Positions 40,149-53,700 of a stretch of 64,000 nucleotides of DNA are shown here, piece after piece. The translations under genes were made by a program, and so were the position numbers. This stretch comes from Antedon mediterranea (taxonomy: Eukaryota; Animalia; Echinodermata), in NCBI RefSeq assembly GCF_964355755.1, contig NC_092676.1, positions 5,867,888 to 5,931,887 of the forward strand. Reading direction: 5' to 3'. Each line of letters begins with the position of its first letter. The stretch's first letter is position 1. The notes beneath the pieces are model-generated. The model did not search any database and was not told the DNA's origin. It saw nothing but the letters and a program-made list of their open reading frames with translations.

Positions 40149-40342
40149 CTTACTTTTATCATGCTTTTTAATTATTTTCTGCGCCTTTTTCGTAAACAAA
40201 TGAGTGGAGTATTCCCTTTGGTAATCCCATGCAATGTTTTTGTCATTCTCTCTCAGATCAAATCCATTCCACATCTTGCGCTTACCGGGGAAAAGATAGT
40301 CACTCTCGTGGGTGTAGAAGTCTTTGGGCCCCGTAATAAATC
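40149..40342 (-). pseudogene. Isolated arylsulfatase B/I/J-like exon
   Basis: ttgtag|GFITGPKDFYTHE...WNGFDLRENDKNIAWDYQREYSTHLFTKKAQKIIKKHDKSK|gtag. Matches the ARSB-family segment G...DYY.H...D.R...YST..FT..A...I..H...K. Open frame and intact splice sites; no other sulfatase exon recognised in the window. Confidence 0.75.
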
Positions 40343-40548
40343 CTACAAGAAGAACACCAAAACAAGGTTATGTATGTCTACTGTACACCTATGTTTTCGA
40401 CTAAGCGAATCTATTCGCACAATCAAAGATTTCTGAGTTCCGACTGGTTGTATATTTGTTCGTATCGCTAACGTAGATTCAAATGAATACGCATGCGCGT
40501 TGACGCTTCGTGGGAATGTTCGATTATTTGAACAAGCACGAATGTTAG

Positions 40549-43500
40549 TAGAGCAGTTCACGCCATAAAAATAGCCAAGTTGTGCACTTTATTACCAAAG
40601 AAGCATGAAACTTGCCACAAAGTTTCTTTGATGTATATAGATTCAAAATATTGGGGGGTGCCAAGTGTCCAACGTCCGGTATGGCGGCCATCGTGATTTC
40701 AAAATGGCCACCATAAAAACAAAAAGTGTTCATATCTTGGCAACTATAAACAGTAGAGACTTGATTCTGGTGTTAAATTGTTCACAAACCACATATTTCT
40801 ATTTGCTCTATTGAAAAGTTTCGTCCAAAAATGACCGGAAATGACATTTCTTCCAGTTTGACCTTTGACCTCTTATATGTATATCTCAGTAACTACTGAT
40901 CATTTTCAATCGATTTTGGTGTCATTTTGTTCAGAATAGAGACATTTATATTTGTAGTAATAAAAATACAATTTATAACCTTTGACATATATAATTATGT
41001 GAACATACTGTATGTGGTTTACACTGGTATAAATGCACCTAATTTTTTACCGAAATAAATGACACTTCATGCAAAAATGACCAGAAATTATTATTCTGAA
41101 TTTTTTACTTTTGATGTGATAGGATAGGCGTAAAGTATGACAGAGAAACAGCAATCACTGAGCTCATCTATGCGGACTTGTTTGCTTATAAACTGTGATG
41201 TGTCAATCATTAGATAAAAGTTTTGGTCCTCTCTCCTTCATCTTTTCTTTTTTTTAAATGTATTATACCATATGGATAATTTTCTGAAATAAAAGTTGAA
41301 TTGAATTGTTAGATGCCATTTGGAAATATTTTTGATGTAAAGTAGCATTCTTTCGTTGGCCTCTTTGATGTTGAGACAAGTTCGGAAAGTTCTCATTTTC
41401 ATGAGTTAAGAGAACACCTTCTTTCAAAGTACTTACTACAAACTTATCCTGTATTTGTGCAGTAGACCTACTTTCATTAGTCAAAAACTCAGATAATTCT
41501 TGTTCATTTTCGTTGCATCTAAAAAAACGTACTTCATTTTTATGGTAATGGGCCTTTGCTGTAAACCTTTCATTGGAATCCTTTTCCTCGATTTTCTCTA
41601 GTCATTGATATTTTAGCAAAATCCAAACCAAATCAATTCATAAAAGACATCTCAATATAATTATTCAAGTAATCCTCAAATTAGTGACATGGACCTACAA
41701 TATACTGTTCTGTACAAGTCCTTTATAGGCATCCACCTGGGGACTTTCACTTTGAAGGTCTTGGTCTCCTAATCAAACAAGAAACAATGTCTGATTTAAT
41801 CAATCAAAGTAATGGGTCCAGATAAAGACCATCCACAGGAAAAGAAGGGGTGTAAGACCATCCACAGACAAAGAAGGGGGTATAAGACTATCCACAGACA
41901 AAGAAGGGGTATAAGACCATCTACAGACAAAGAAAGGGGTATAAGACCATCTACAGACAAAGAAAAGGGGGTGTAAGACCATCCACAGACAAAGAAGGGG
42001 GGTGTAAGACCATCCACAGGCAAAGAATGGGATGTAAGACCATCCACAGACAAAGAAGGAGGTATAAGGCCATCTACAGACAAAGAAAGGGGTGTAAGGC
42101 CATCCACAGAAAAACAAGTGAGTGTAGGACCATCCATAGACAAAGAAGGGGGTGTAAGACCATGCACAGACAAAGAAGGGTGTAGGATCATCCACAGACA
42201 ACGAAGGGGGTGTAGGACCGTCCACAGACAAAGAAGGGGGTGTAAGACCATCCACTGACAAAGAAAAGGGTATAGTCCCACTTACAGACAAAAAAAGGGG
42301 TATAAGACCTTCAACAGACAAAGAAGGGGGTGTAGCACCATCCACGGACAAAGAAGGGCTGTAGGACCATCCACAGACAAAGAAGGGGATGTAAGACCAT
42401 CCACATACAAAGAAGGGGGTATAAGACCATCCACAGACAAAGAAGGGGTATAAGACCATCCACAGACAGAGAAGGGGGTGTAAGACCATCCACAGACAAA
42501 GAAGGGGTGTAAGACCATCCACTAACAAAGAAAGGGGTGTAAGACCATCCACACACAAAAACAGGGGTGTAATACCATCAACAGACAAAGAAAGGGGTGT
42601 AATACCAACAACAGACAAAGAAGGGGGTATAAGACCATCCACAGGCACAGAAGGGGTATAATACCGTCCACAAACAAAGAAAGGGGTGTAAGACCATCCA
42701 CAGACAAAGAAGGGATGTAGGACCATCCACAGAAAAAGCAGGATGTGTAAGACCATCCACTGACATAGAAAGGGGTATAGGACCACTTACAGACAAAGAA
42801 GGAGGTATAAGACCATCCACAGATAAAGAAGAGGGTGTAGGACCATCCACAGACAAAGAAGGGGGTGTTGGACCATCCCCAGACAAAGAAGGGATGTAAG
42901 ACAACCCACAGACAAAGAAGGGGATGTAAGACCACCCAAAGACAAAGAAGGGGTTGTAAGACCATCCACACACAAAGAAGGGATTATAAGACCATCTACA
43001 GACAAAGAAAGGGGTGTAGGACCATCCACAGGCACAGAAGGGGGTATAAGACCATTCACAGACACATAAGAGGGATATAAGACCGTCCGCAGACAAAGAA
43101 AGGGGTGTAAGACCATCCACAGACAAAGAAGGGGATATTTGACAATCAACAGACAAAGAAGGGGGTGTAAGACCATCCACAGACAAAGAAGCGGGTGTAG
43201 GACCATCCACAAACAAAGAAGGGAGTGTAGGACTATCCAAAGACAAAGAAGGGGTGTAAGACCATCTACAGACAAAGAAAGGGGTGTAAGACCATCCAAA
43301 CACAAAGAAAGGGGTGTAGGACCATCAACAGACAAAGAAGCGGGTGTAGGACCATCCACAAACAAAGAAGGAGTGTAGAACCTCCACAGACAAAGAAGGG
43401 GTGTAAGACCATCTACAGACAAAGAAAGGGGTGTACGACCATCCACACACAAAGAAACGGGTGTAGGACCATCAACAGACAAAGAAGGGGTGTAAGACCA

Positions 43501-44405
43501 TCTACAGACAAAGAAAGGGGTGTAAGACCATCCACACACAAAGAAAGGGGTGTAAGACCATCCACATACAAAGAAAGGGGTGTAAGACCATCCACAGACA
43601 AAGAAAGGGGTGTAAGACCATCCACAGGAAAAGAAGGGGGTGTAATACCATCAACAGACACAGAAGGGGTATAAGACCATCCACAGACAAAGAAGGGGGT
43701 ATAAGACCATCCACAGACAAAGAAAGGGATATAAGACCATCCACAGACAAAGAATGGGGTATAAGACCATCTACAGACAAAGAAGGAGAAGTAGGACCAT
43801 ATTAACCGAGGAAGCATACAAAAAGAAGATGCAATCAAAATAGGCCTACCACTTGGAAAACAATAAATTGTAGAATAACTGAGGCTTGATTCTTGAAATA
43901 GAAATGGTTCTTTGTAAGGTCATTAATAATATATTGATATAAACACGATCATCATACTATTCATTTGACATTCAAATACAGTCTATCTCGAAAACTGAGT
44001 ACATACTATAAACTTTTCGAGGTTTTACAGTTTTTCATAACATGTGTGTTATTTCCTCTGTCAATCTATTACAACTTTTAGCGAATCAGAAGGTGCCAAC
44101 ATCAATGAACTAATGGTACCACCAAGCACAATGTTTACCAATTTTATGTACTATATACAATTTAAGACCATTAATCATTTAATATAATTACGCCTATTAG
44201 GTCAAAGTCCAAAATTAGGTGCATTTAAGACCAACAAAAAACACATACAGTATATTCACATAATTAAAAATCAATAAATAAATGTCAAAGGTCATAAATT
44301 GTATTTCCGGTCATTTTATGTGAAAATGTTTCATTACTACAAATATAAATGTATTTATTCTGAACAAAATGACACCAAAATCGATTGAAAATGACCAGTA
44401 GTTAC
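40549..44405. mobile_element. Putative decayed DNA transposon with long inverted repeats (copy at ~58599-61754)
   Basis: 40889-41046 and 44211-44405 are reverse complements (gtaactactgatcattttcaatcgattttggtgtcattttgttcagaata... versus ...tattctgaacaaaatgacaccaaaatcgattgaaaatgaccagtagttac). The left end begins TAGAGCAGTTCACG with aaaatggcc motifs. Superfamily not established. Confidence 0.5.
41826..43800. repeat. 30-bp (29-31) minisatellite, ~65 copies
   Basis: Unit GACCATCCACAGACAAAGAAGGGGGTGTAA. Confidence 0.96.
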
Positions 44406-44718
44406 AGATACTCGGGGTACAGCAAAAGAAGCTGTAATGACGTCATAAGACTGGATGTGACGTCACATACGCGTCAATAACCTAGCTACCAAAAAGTTTA
44501 TACAGCTATACGGTACCATATTTGAGACGTCATATGACTGCATCCGGTTTGAAATTTACGTTTTTACTGGATTGTACGTTTTTACCGAAACGCCTGCATG
44601 GTTTGCAAATGAGTTTATTAACGGCATGTATGCAAATTAGGGTGGGTATTTAATCAACGACCGCCATTTTTCCGGCAAACATCCAATTGCCTCCACCGTG
44701 GTGTTACCGTTATCCCAG

Positions 44719-47700
44719 ATGATGGGAAATTTGCAGTTACTGTCCGCTGTTATTTTTAGCGTTACGTTCTTCGTGTTTGCATTCGCTAAGCCTAAGGTTA
44801 AACATAATTAAATGACATTGCTTGCTTTAGGCGTGGTTACTTCATACTTACTTAAACTGTATTGTTTATAGTGTATTATGTATGTGCAATTAATGACCGT
44901 AAGTTTGTATTGTTTGTTTTGTTTATTCTATAGGGCTATGATGTTGAAACCCGTCAAAATGAAGACGGCGTAGTCACCATACCTGCTAACTGTGACCGAC
45001 AACTGGAAAGCGAAACAGGATGCATTACTTCTCCGAACTGGCCTAGAAAATCCGTCGACTTTAATGAATGCCAAATCCGAGTAAAGATACCAGACCCGAA
45101 CAAACGTATTTTATTAACATTCAATAACTTTACTCTAGAAGGAACCACATCTTGTGACGATGGAAATTACGTTGAGGTAAAGAAAAATACCGCAGATAAA
45201 CACTTCTGCTGGAAACCGATTATCCATGTTGGCGAGTCGGTTACCTACTCTAGCGTAGGTCTTACTCTTTATACAACCAGATTAGCAAATCGGTTACAGA
45301 GTCAGTTAACTACCAATCTCTACTGCTATTGCATTGTATACTATCAATATTTAACCTCCAATTATAGCTCTAATTCCCTATTCCCCACTACTGATTCTGG
45401 TTTTTCAGATTCGTGACACGAAGACCAACCGACAAAATCGTTATTGCGGAACATCTTATCCTTTTACCTGGCTAACCGATTCTAATGAGTTGTCGGTCAC
45501 CATGAATGCTCTCAGCAGTAAAGTCTTCAACCGATTCAATGCTACCTACATTACTTTAGAAAAGGCACCATCTAATGGTAAATATTGGCCTCTTAAATGT
45601 AATGAAACAACTATAATCTAAAATGTAATATAAAGATGATTTTATTTTCCGTCAAACGACATGCATGACACTAGCTTTAAGCTCACAAGGACACGACGGA
45701 AGGACGTAACCTCCCAGCGTATTGATGTACTACGATAAGCGGTGTCGGGACGACTAATATACAGGATAAAAATATATATGGCACCGGTTTATTTAACCAA
45801 AATCTTATGCTCTATAAAATTAATTTATTCCACAGGTTGCAGTATTGTACTTGTAAACGAGATTGGAAGATACAGTAGTTCCACGGAGGTTCACGTTAAA
45901 ACTCCGTGGTCATGTGAAGCTGTTATACTAGCACACCCTAATGAACGAGTGTTGGTGTCATTCAAGGACCTTTATATTCCAAATTGTGACCACAAAATTG
46001 AGGTAGGAGTGTACTTTTGAATTTCAGAAACGGCAGCCTTCTAAACAGACCGCTTCATTCACAACCCACAGCATAATCAAGTCAAATCAAGTATCATTTA
46101 TTATCATTTGTTTTAGGAAAAACATAGAAATTCTGTTTGCTCTGTTGGCGGAGCACAATATCCAACGGACACAACACGAACTCAAAAACAAAAACATTAC
46201 AAAAAAAAGTGTCTACATCATATTTAAGGCTCTAATAGCTCCTGGAAAGAAACTATTTGTAAATCGTGCCTTATTGGCCTTAATAGAACGAAATCGCCGA
46301 CCGCTGCGCATCAACTGGAACATACTAGAGGCCGGATGAAATTGATCATCTTTGATAGCCACTGCCTTTTTCAGAAGACGATCCGAAAATATGTTCTCCA
46401 AAGGCAGTTGTGCAGATCCAATTATACGCGATGCGGTCTTGACTATTCTATTTAGGTCACGCTTTTCATTTTCGGTAGCGCTACCGAACCATACCGTTAA
46501 AGAATACGTTATTACACTCTCTATAACTGACCTATAGAAGGACGACATTATTTCAGAGTTTATACCAAATGATTTAAGTCTACGTAGGAAGTAGATTCTT
46601 CTTTGGGCCTTTCTAATAATGTTACGTGTGTTAATATGCCACTTCAGATCATTTGAAATATAAATACCCAAGAATTTAAATTCTTCTACAAACTCAACTG
46701 ATATACCATTAATAAATATTGGATATTTGACATTAAGTGATTTACGGAAGTCTACAACCATTTCTTTAGTCTTAGATACATTCAAGAACAGATTGTTTTC
46801 GTTACACCAGTCTACAACTCGTTTAACTTGGTTGCGATAATTATTTCCGTTATTTTGTAGATGCGAGATCTTCTGACTGGACGATCTCAAGCTGTCTGCG
46901 GAAAACATGCGTTTGTGTCTTGGACGTCTGATTCAAACCAGGTTGCAATTACATTTGACCGCTCAGATTCACGAACGTCTGTCCTCTTTGAGTACGAGTT
47001 TCTTCTTCGATCCAGAAACGAAAGTATGCACCAACAATATTTTCACCGCTATGGTTCATGAGAACCGTATTGAACTTTCAACATCCATTCAACATATCCA
47101 TATATAATTTTATAATTATTTTTCTTCCAGGCTTGCAGCCCATTGGTCGTTGGTCTTCCAGTGGATGGACTCCGCTTAACGTCTCCACTATTTCCGCGTC
47201 CGTATCCTAGCAACCTGGATTGTCAAATCATCCTTAATACGGATTTTAATCAAGTTATCTCTTTAAATTTCTCTGAATTTACACTCGAACCTGCAACGGA
47301 AACAAATAAGATTGACTCTTGTGTGAACGACTACTTACAGGTAAGTATTCTCCGTATAAATAACTCATTTTGATACGGATAGCCATATGAATAACCTATT
47401 TTGATACGGCTACCCGTATGAATAACCTAGATTTGGGCTTAGCCCTAGCTAATGTACACCATGTCACGGACATCCTTTAATATTTTTTTTATATTGTCTT
47501 GATTAGATCCGGGACATTGCTACTGAAAGAATCTCCAGACTCTGCGGCAGCTACCACAACTTTTCTTGGACGTCACACAGCAACGAGGTTGTCCTTACAC
47601 TCAGAACCAATCATCTTCTGGATTACATCGGGTATAGCCTAATTGCGAAATCACTATTCAGACTTTCAAATCCAGGTAAGAAACATAATTTCAACAGTGT

Positions 47701-50700
47701 ACACAAAGTAGTCGTAGTCTCCATCCATAATGACGTCAATGACCACATTTGGAATTCAATTTCTTTCAGATTGCGTAACAATTACTCAAACTGCAGATAA
47801 TGGATACGTTCTGACGTCATTAAACTACCCGGATGAATACCCAATGGACGCTTCTTGTACGGTGTTCTTTCAAGAATATCCGAACAGATACATCATATTT
47901 GACTTTGAAGATTTCGATGTAGAAGATTCCGAGGACTGCACAAATGATTATCTGGAGGTAAGTTACATACTTACTTATTATAGGCAATTTCATAGGCTTA
48001 TACCATTTCCTTTTTGTGAAAACATAAATACATAATAATAATAAATTACTTTGTTTATTCCAGTTAACAAGTTCAACATCAGGACCACTGTGTGCTAGAC
48101 TTTGTGGAAAGAAAGAACCATTCTCTGTTACATCCGATTCTAATGAGGTTTCGATAACGTTTAAGACAAACTCCAAAATCCAAAAATCTGGTTTCAAAGC
48201 TTACTGTTCGATCGTCAACCGCCCGCCAAGAACTCTTGAAAACACTGGTAATTTTTTTATTTGAATTTAGTTCCAAATTTCGTCAGAGCTTGTAAAAAAA
48301 CGCGATTTGCCACCGATTATTATTATTTCAAACTAATGTAGATGAATAATTATTTTCTTTACAGAATGCAGCACTATGCTTCGTGAAAAATCGGGACGAA
48401 TTCAGCTCCCGACAAATCCCGATTGGCCACCGATTCGAGGTTCGGATTGTCTAATCGTCATTCACGCAGAGCCAGACGAGAGGATCCGACTAAATTATAT
48501 CGACTTCGTAGTCTCGGATTTGGATTCAGACCGGGACTTCGTGGAGGTAATTATGAAAGGCTAGGAAGGAAATCCGACCGTTGAGGCCTAGTGTTGATGT
48601 CTAGGCATATTTTCTACAAACAATGACATAATGTATATTCATATTTGTTATTTATTTACAGCTGTACGACATTTCGTTATCGGGTAAAACTAACAAGGCT
48701 ACCTACTCTGGTCATTTGCATCCGTTTTCGTGGACGAGTTTCCGAAATGAGCTGGTGATATACGTACGTGATGAAAACGAAATATCCTCTGTATCCTTCA
48801 TTGCAGATTATGAAATTTTACCAAGATCCGAAGATGGTAATGTACATATTCATACATAATATAATGCTAGAATATCGTATTATATGCAATACGTAGAGAT
48901 TCCATCCGCATCTCTTACATTAAGCTATTATGCTGCTTAAATTGTGTTTACTTCAAATAGGTTGTGAACTACTGTTTACGAATCCAACTGGTATAATATC
49001 TTGGCCATTTGATGGTGAAAGCAAAGCCGAACACTGTACCGTAATTATCCGAACGGATCCCGATAAACGAGTGCTCATAACGTTTAAAACCGTCAGAATG
49101 GACATGGCTGACTGTTCCCAGCATTCTATGACCGTAAGTAGGCCTACAAACCACACTTGACCTGACACGTATTGAATCATACACATTTAGGTGTAACAAT
49201 AATTGCATTTTCTTCTTAGATTAAAGATACAACGACCAAACGCCAAAGCCAGTATTGCTCGACACTTTGGGAATTCTCTTGGCTAAGCGATTCTGACGAA
49301 GTTGAAATGGAATTCACTCGTCAACTCACTAACTTTGCCCAAGTACAAGCTATGTACGGCGTCATTCCACGAACCAGAATCGCAGGTAGGCCTAGCTAAA
49401 TACACCTACACGAAGAAACATGAGTGTATTGAAACAACCTTCAAGATATCCCTAATAACTGTTTGTTTTACCTTCTCTTAGCTTTCAACCAATTCTTGAC
49501 TGCTCCCGAAGGCATCATATCCTCTCTTGAACACAATAGAGACGAGATAATTGGGAAGAACTGTACGATCTTCATTCAGGTTGAACCAGAGAACAGTGTG
49601 GTTGTAACTTTGACAGATTTTCTAATTGGTGACGAACAAGCTGAAAACACTGCAACAATAACGTGTACGGGCCAACAATTTCTAGAGGTAACATATGACA
49701 AAGCTAGCCTATCCGTTTCCAATAACGTTAACCTCGCTCAATGCTATTCTATTAAAATACTATTCTGTCTGTTTGTTTGTTTCTTTAGATAAAAGATCTT
49801 ACGACAGGCAGAACGAACGTCTACTGCGGAGAGTTTGATTTATTTACGTGGACGTCAGATTTCAACCTTGTTGCAATTACCTTCCATATCACAACTTATC
49901 CTACCTACAACGTCTTCAGGGCCGTTTATAGGTCTCTACAGCAGATTGAAGGTACGTTGGATCCCAATAGCTACCAGAACTACAGCCGAAAACAATTCAT
50001 TGCCCAACAGCCTTTTAAAGTAACTTTGACAAAAGTTGACACTGAACCCAAACCCGGAGCAACCATTTAATACGATGTTTATCAACTATTTTATTTGGAT
50101 ATATTTCAGGATGTGATAACCGTCTAACCACACCTACCGGTATAATTGAATCTCCACAACCGTACAATCCGAACACAAACTGCCGTAACACCGTGCACTC
50201 CGAACCTGGAAACCTAGTCACATTAACCTTCACCAATTTCGAAGTGCAGCCTTGCGAAACTGATCACGTGAAATTGATTGATTTAGGAACTCTGCGTACA
50301 GAAGTCTTCTGTGGATCTTTTGACCTTTTCTCATGGACGTCTGATACCAATGAAGTATCCGTCTACTTCGTTAGTGGTCCGAAATATATGCGAAACACTG
50401 GATTCAAAACCGAATATCGCCATGTTCAGCGACCATTAGTCAATGGTACGTTAAACAACTCGGTAATATAATACTATTTATATTTATTTTATGCTCGGTG
50501 CTTCCTGGCATTTTCATTTTCTTTTTCTACAGAATGTTATCTTCGGAAACACGATACAACGGAGCTTGTTACGTTACCAGACTTCACAATAAAAGACGTT
50601 GAGAATGCGGAATGTATTATATACGTCTACAATACTCCAGACAACAGAATTCAATTTACCGTTGAAGAGTTTGACGAAGTATTCAATTGTTCAGACAGTG

Positions 50701-53700
50701 GTATTGAAGTAAGCCTATTATTATTATTGCTAGGGCCAAAGTCTTGGTTACCACTGAACGCAACACATGAATGTAACCTTGTACGACGCGATGGATCATG
50801 TAGTTGCGTAACCCCACTAGTACTGCAATAATACTCTACAACTTGTATAATTAAATATCTCTCTTTCTACAGCTAACTGACGTAGCGACCGAAAGGACCA
50901 ACACTTACTGTACCATTTCTCACTCCTTTTCATGGACAGCAGATACAAATGAAATAAAAATCCGTGTATTCGCCAAAAAAGACAAATTACCTCGCATGAT
51001 TGCCAAATGGAAATCTGTCCCAAGAATCGGAGAACCAGGTAGGCATAACTGGTTCTAGAAAACATTTAATGGAACTCAAAAGGGTGCAAAATCGGTAATC
51101 TTTCCATTTTCTTTTCTAATTTTTTATTTTATTTATTTTTTAGTTATTTCTCTTGAGGATTCTGGACACATTAAGCTCACATCGACATTCCCAACTTACC
51201 AATATCTTATTCATGTTGAACCAAATTACCGATTGATTATCAACTATTTGCACGAACACGATGCCATACAGCATTGCAACATAGACAGCATCAAGGTAAT
51301 AATAGTTATTTCAACACTTTACTACGTCGCATGAAACTGATCTCTTCTGTGATACTGTGTGTGTGCTTTCAAATGAGATCGCTCTTTTTTTTATCCACAG
51401 ATCACCGATTCAACCACACTCCGTTTCTTCCAAGACTGCACGTTCTTTGATGGCATCATGTCATGGGTTTCAGACAGTAACGAGGTCATCATTGACGCCA
51501 AACAAATTGCTGGACATGACACGGTCTTATACTACACTCGAGTTCTGAAAGCACCCCCGTCTGGTAAGCATTTTTTAACTGAATATATGCTTAGGAACTC
51601 TTGCTACTACCGTAACAATTTGATTTCTTACATTTTTTTTTTGTTTACCCAGAATGCAACAAGGTCATCACATCCGATACGAACTTGGAAACAAATTCTG
51701 GATTGGAAACTGCGAACTATCCAGGAATGTATCCCAATGAACTTGTATGCGATATGATTATGCAGACGACGTCCGATAACCGTATTCAGGTTGTTTTCAA
51801 GGAATTCTGGTTGGAGATACCAAACCATATGGGATGTCACAACGACTATTTAAATGCAAGTACAAATTGTTTTAATCGTTACAGGTTCAGTAAGTTCCTA
51901 AATTTATGGTCGAAATGATATTATTTCTTAAATTTCTTATTTCTCATTCCATTTTAGGTTTCGGACACGTCTGTTGGATTTCATTACGATCATTCTGAAC
52001 GAATATGTGGCCGCCTTGAACCTATATCTTGGACGTCGGAAGGCAACTCCTTGCTCCTACGACTTCAGACAGACAAAACAATCGCTCGCACTGGCTACAT
52101 TGCAACATACACAATCTTGAAACGACCACAACCAGCTCCACGTACGTAAACAAAAACATTACTCTTTGCAATATTCTTTCTTTTGAAATCTATATATTGT
52201 ACTGTTATTTAGTTATTTTCTCTTTCAGATTGTAATAAAACATACCTAGGCCCAAATGGAGTTATTTCATCGCCGAATTTTGCTGTAGGGTTACCTCAGT
52301 ATTCCAACGACTTGCTCTGTTATTACTTTATAAAAGGCAATGTTTTGGAACGAATACTGGTACACTTTGTTATATTTGATGTTGAACTACAAACGCCTTG
52401 CCAACCAGATTACGTACAGGTAAATATCGATTTTTTATCCGCCTGAACTGATATTAGGCCTAGCGCCCGAGCAGATTATAATACTTTGCTTCTTTTTAGA
52501 TCGAAGATGTGGCAACGAGAAAAACCAATATCATATGTGGTGAACACCCTAATTACATATGGGAATCGGAAAGCAACGAAGTCAACATAACGTTTATTAC
52601 AGACGGCAGCCGTACGTTCCGTGGATTTAACGCAACGTATAAAATGGAGCACAAGCAAGGCATATCATGTAAGCTTTTAACGTCTTCGTCACTTCATTGC
52701 CAAAATGGTGTTTGGAAAACGCCACCGTACTTTAATCGTGGCTATAGTAATACTTTTATGTTGCATAACGGTGATTTTCTATATTTCAGATTGTGATGAT
52801 GAAACTCTTACGGACACCACCGGAACATTCCACTCACCAGACTTTCCCGCCAAATACCCGAATGACTTGGACTGTGTTTACACGATAATCGCCGATCCGG
52901 GCCATTTCATTGAAGTGATATTCGAATTCTTTGAACTGGAAACCAGTCCACACTGTACAAATGACTACGTTTCGCTCTCCAGTGTTGGCGAAGGAACCAG
53001 TCAGCGTTACTGCGACAAACATAACCTTCTGAAGTGGAACTCTACGACCAACAGTGCAACTGTTACGCTGCATTCTGATCACGTGATAACGGACAACGGT
53101 TTCAAAGCTACATACAAGATCCATCAAGTGTTCCAAGCTGGTAATTTTGCTCTTTCTGCTTTTTTAACCACACTATACATTATTCTTAATGAATGAATAA
53201 ACTTTATGTTCATATTTATATTTTACAGAAACCTGTTCACCTGTACATCTAACAACTTCTAGCGGCATGTTCCAAAGTCCAAATTACCCATCAAACTATG
53301 AAAATAATTTGGAATGTACTTACAGAATAACAGTGAATCCATCCAGAGTTATACGAATTGAATTTATCGAATTTGAGATCGAAGAGCCACAATCCGGATT
53401 TTGTGCAGATTACCTGCAGGTAAATACATCACACACTTAGTCTATAAAATAATGAACATAGGCCTGACTCGACTCGGCAAAGTCGGCCGTAAATGGTTGA
53501 CCATCTTTAGGCCCCATCGTCCATGGTCCCGATTATCTGTACCTTACCAATAACCTTCAACTAATTTTTAGATACCCTACGCAACTCAAAATCTGAAGCT
53601 ATGCGGAAATTTGGAAAAGAATGTCTACATCACGGACAGCAATGATGTTCTGCTTACACTAATAACTGACGGTAGTAACACACTAAAAGGATTCAAGGCA

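Larger units (their letters stand above)
26739..44570 (+). repeat. Tandem segmental duplication unit 1 (~17.8 kb)
   Basis: Homology to unit 2 starts at attgtacgtttt (26739 / 44571 / 61920) and runs through the gene, LINE remnants, the arylsulfatase exon and the minisatellite. Confidence 0.92.

Noticed and set aside
41796-43838. Long repetitive ORFs, or a CRISPR-like array
   Set aside because: Contiguous 30-bp units with no unique spacers and frequent 1-bp length changes, in a eukaryotic context. A past coding origin (VRPSTDKEGG) cannot be supported.
46861-46908. Apparent fusion of the LINE ORF with CUB exon sequence (ORF 46213-46908)
   Set aside because: Chance read-through from the antisense strand of exon 5 into the 5'-truncated LINE.
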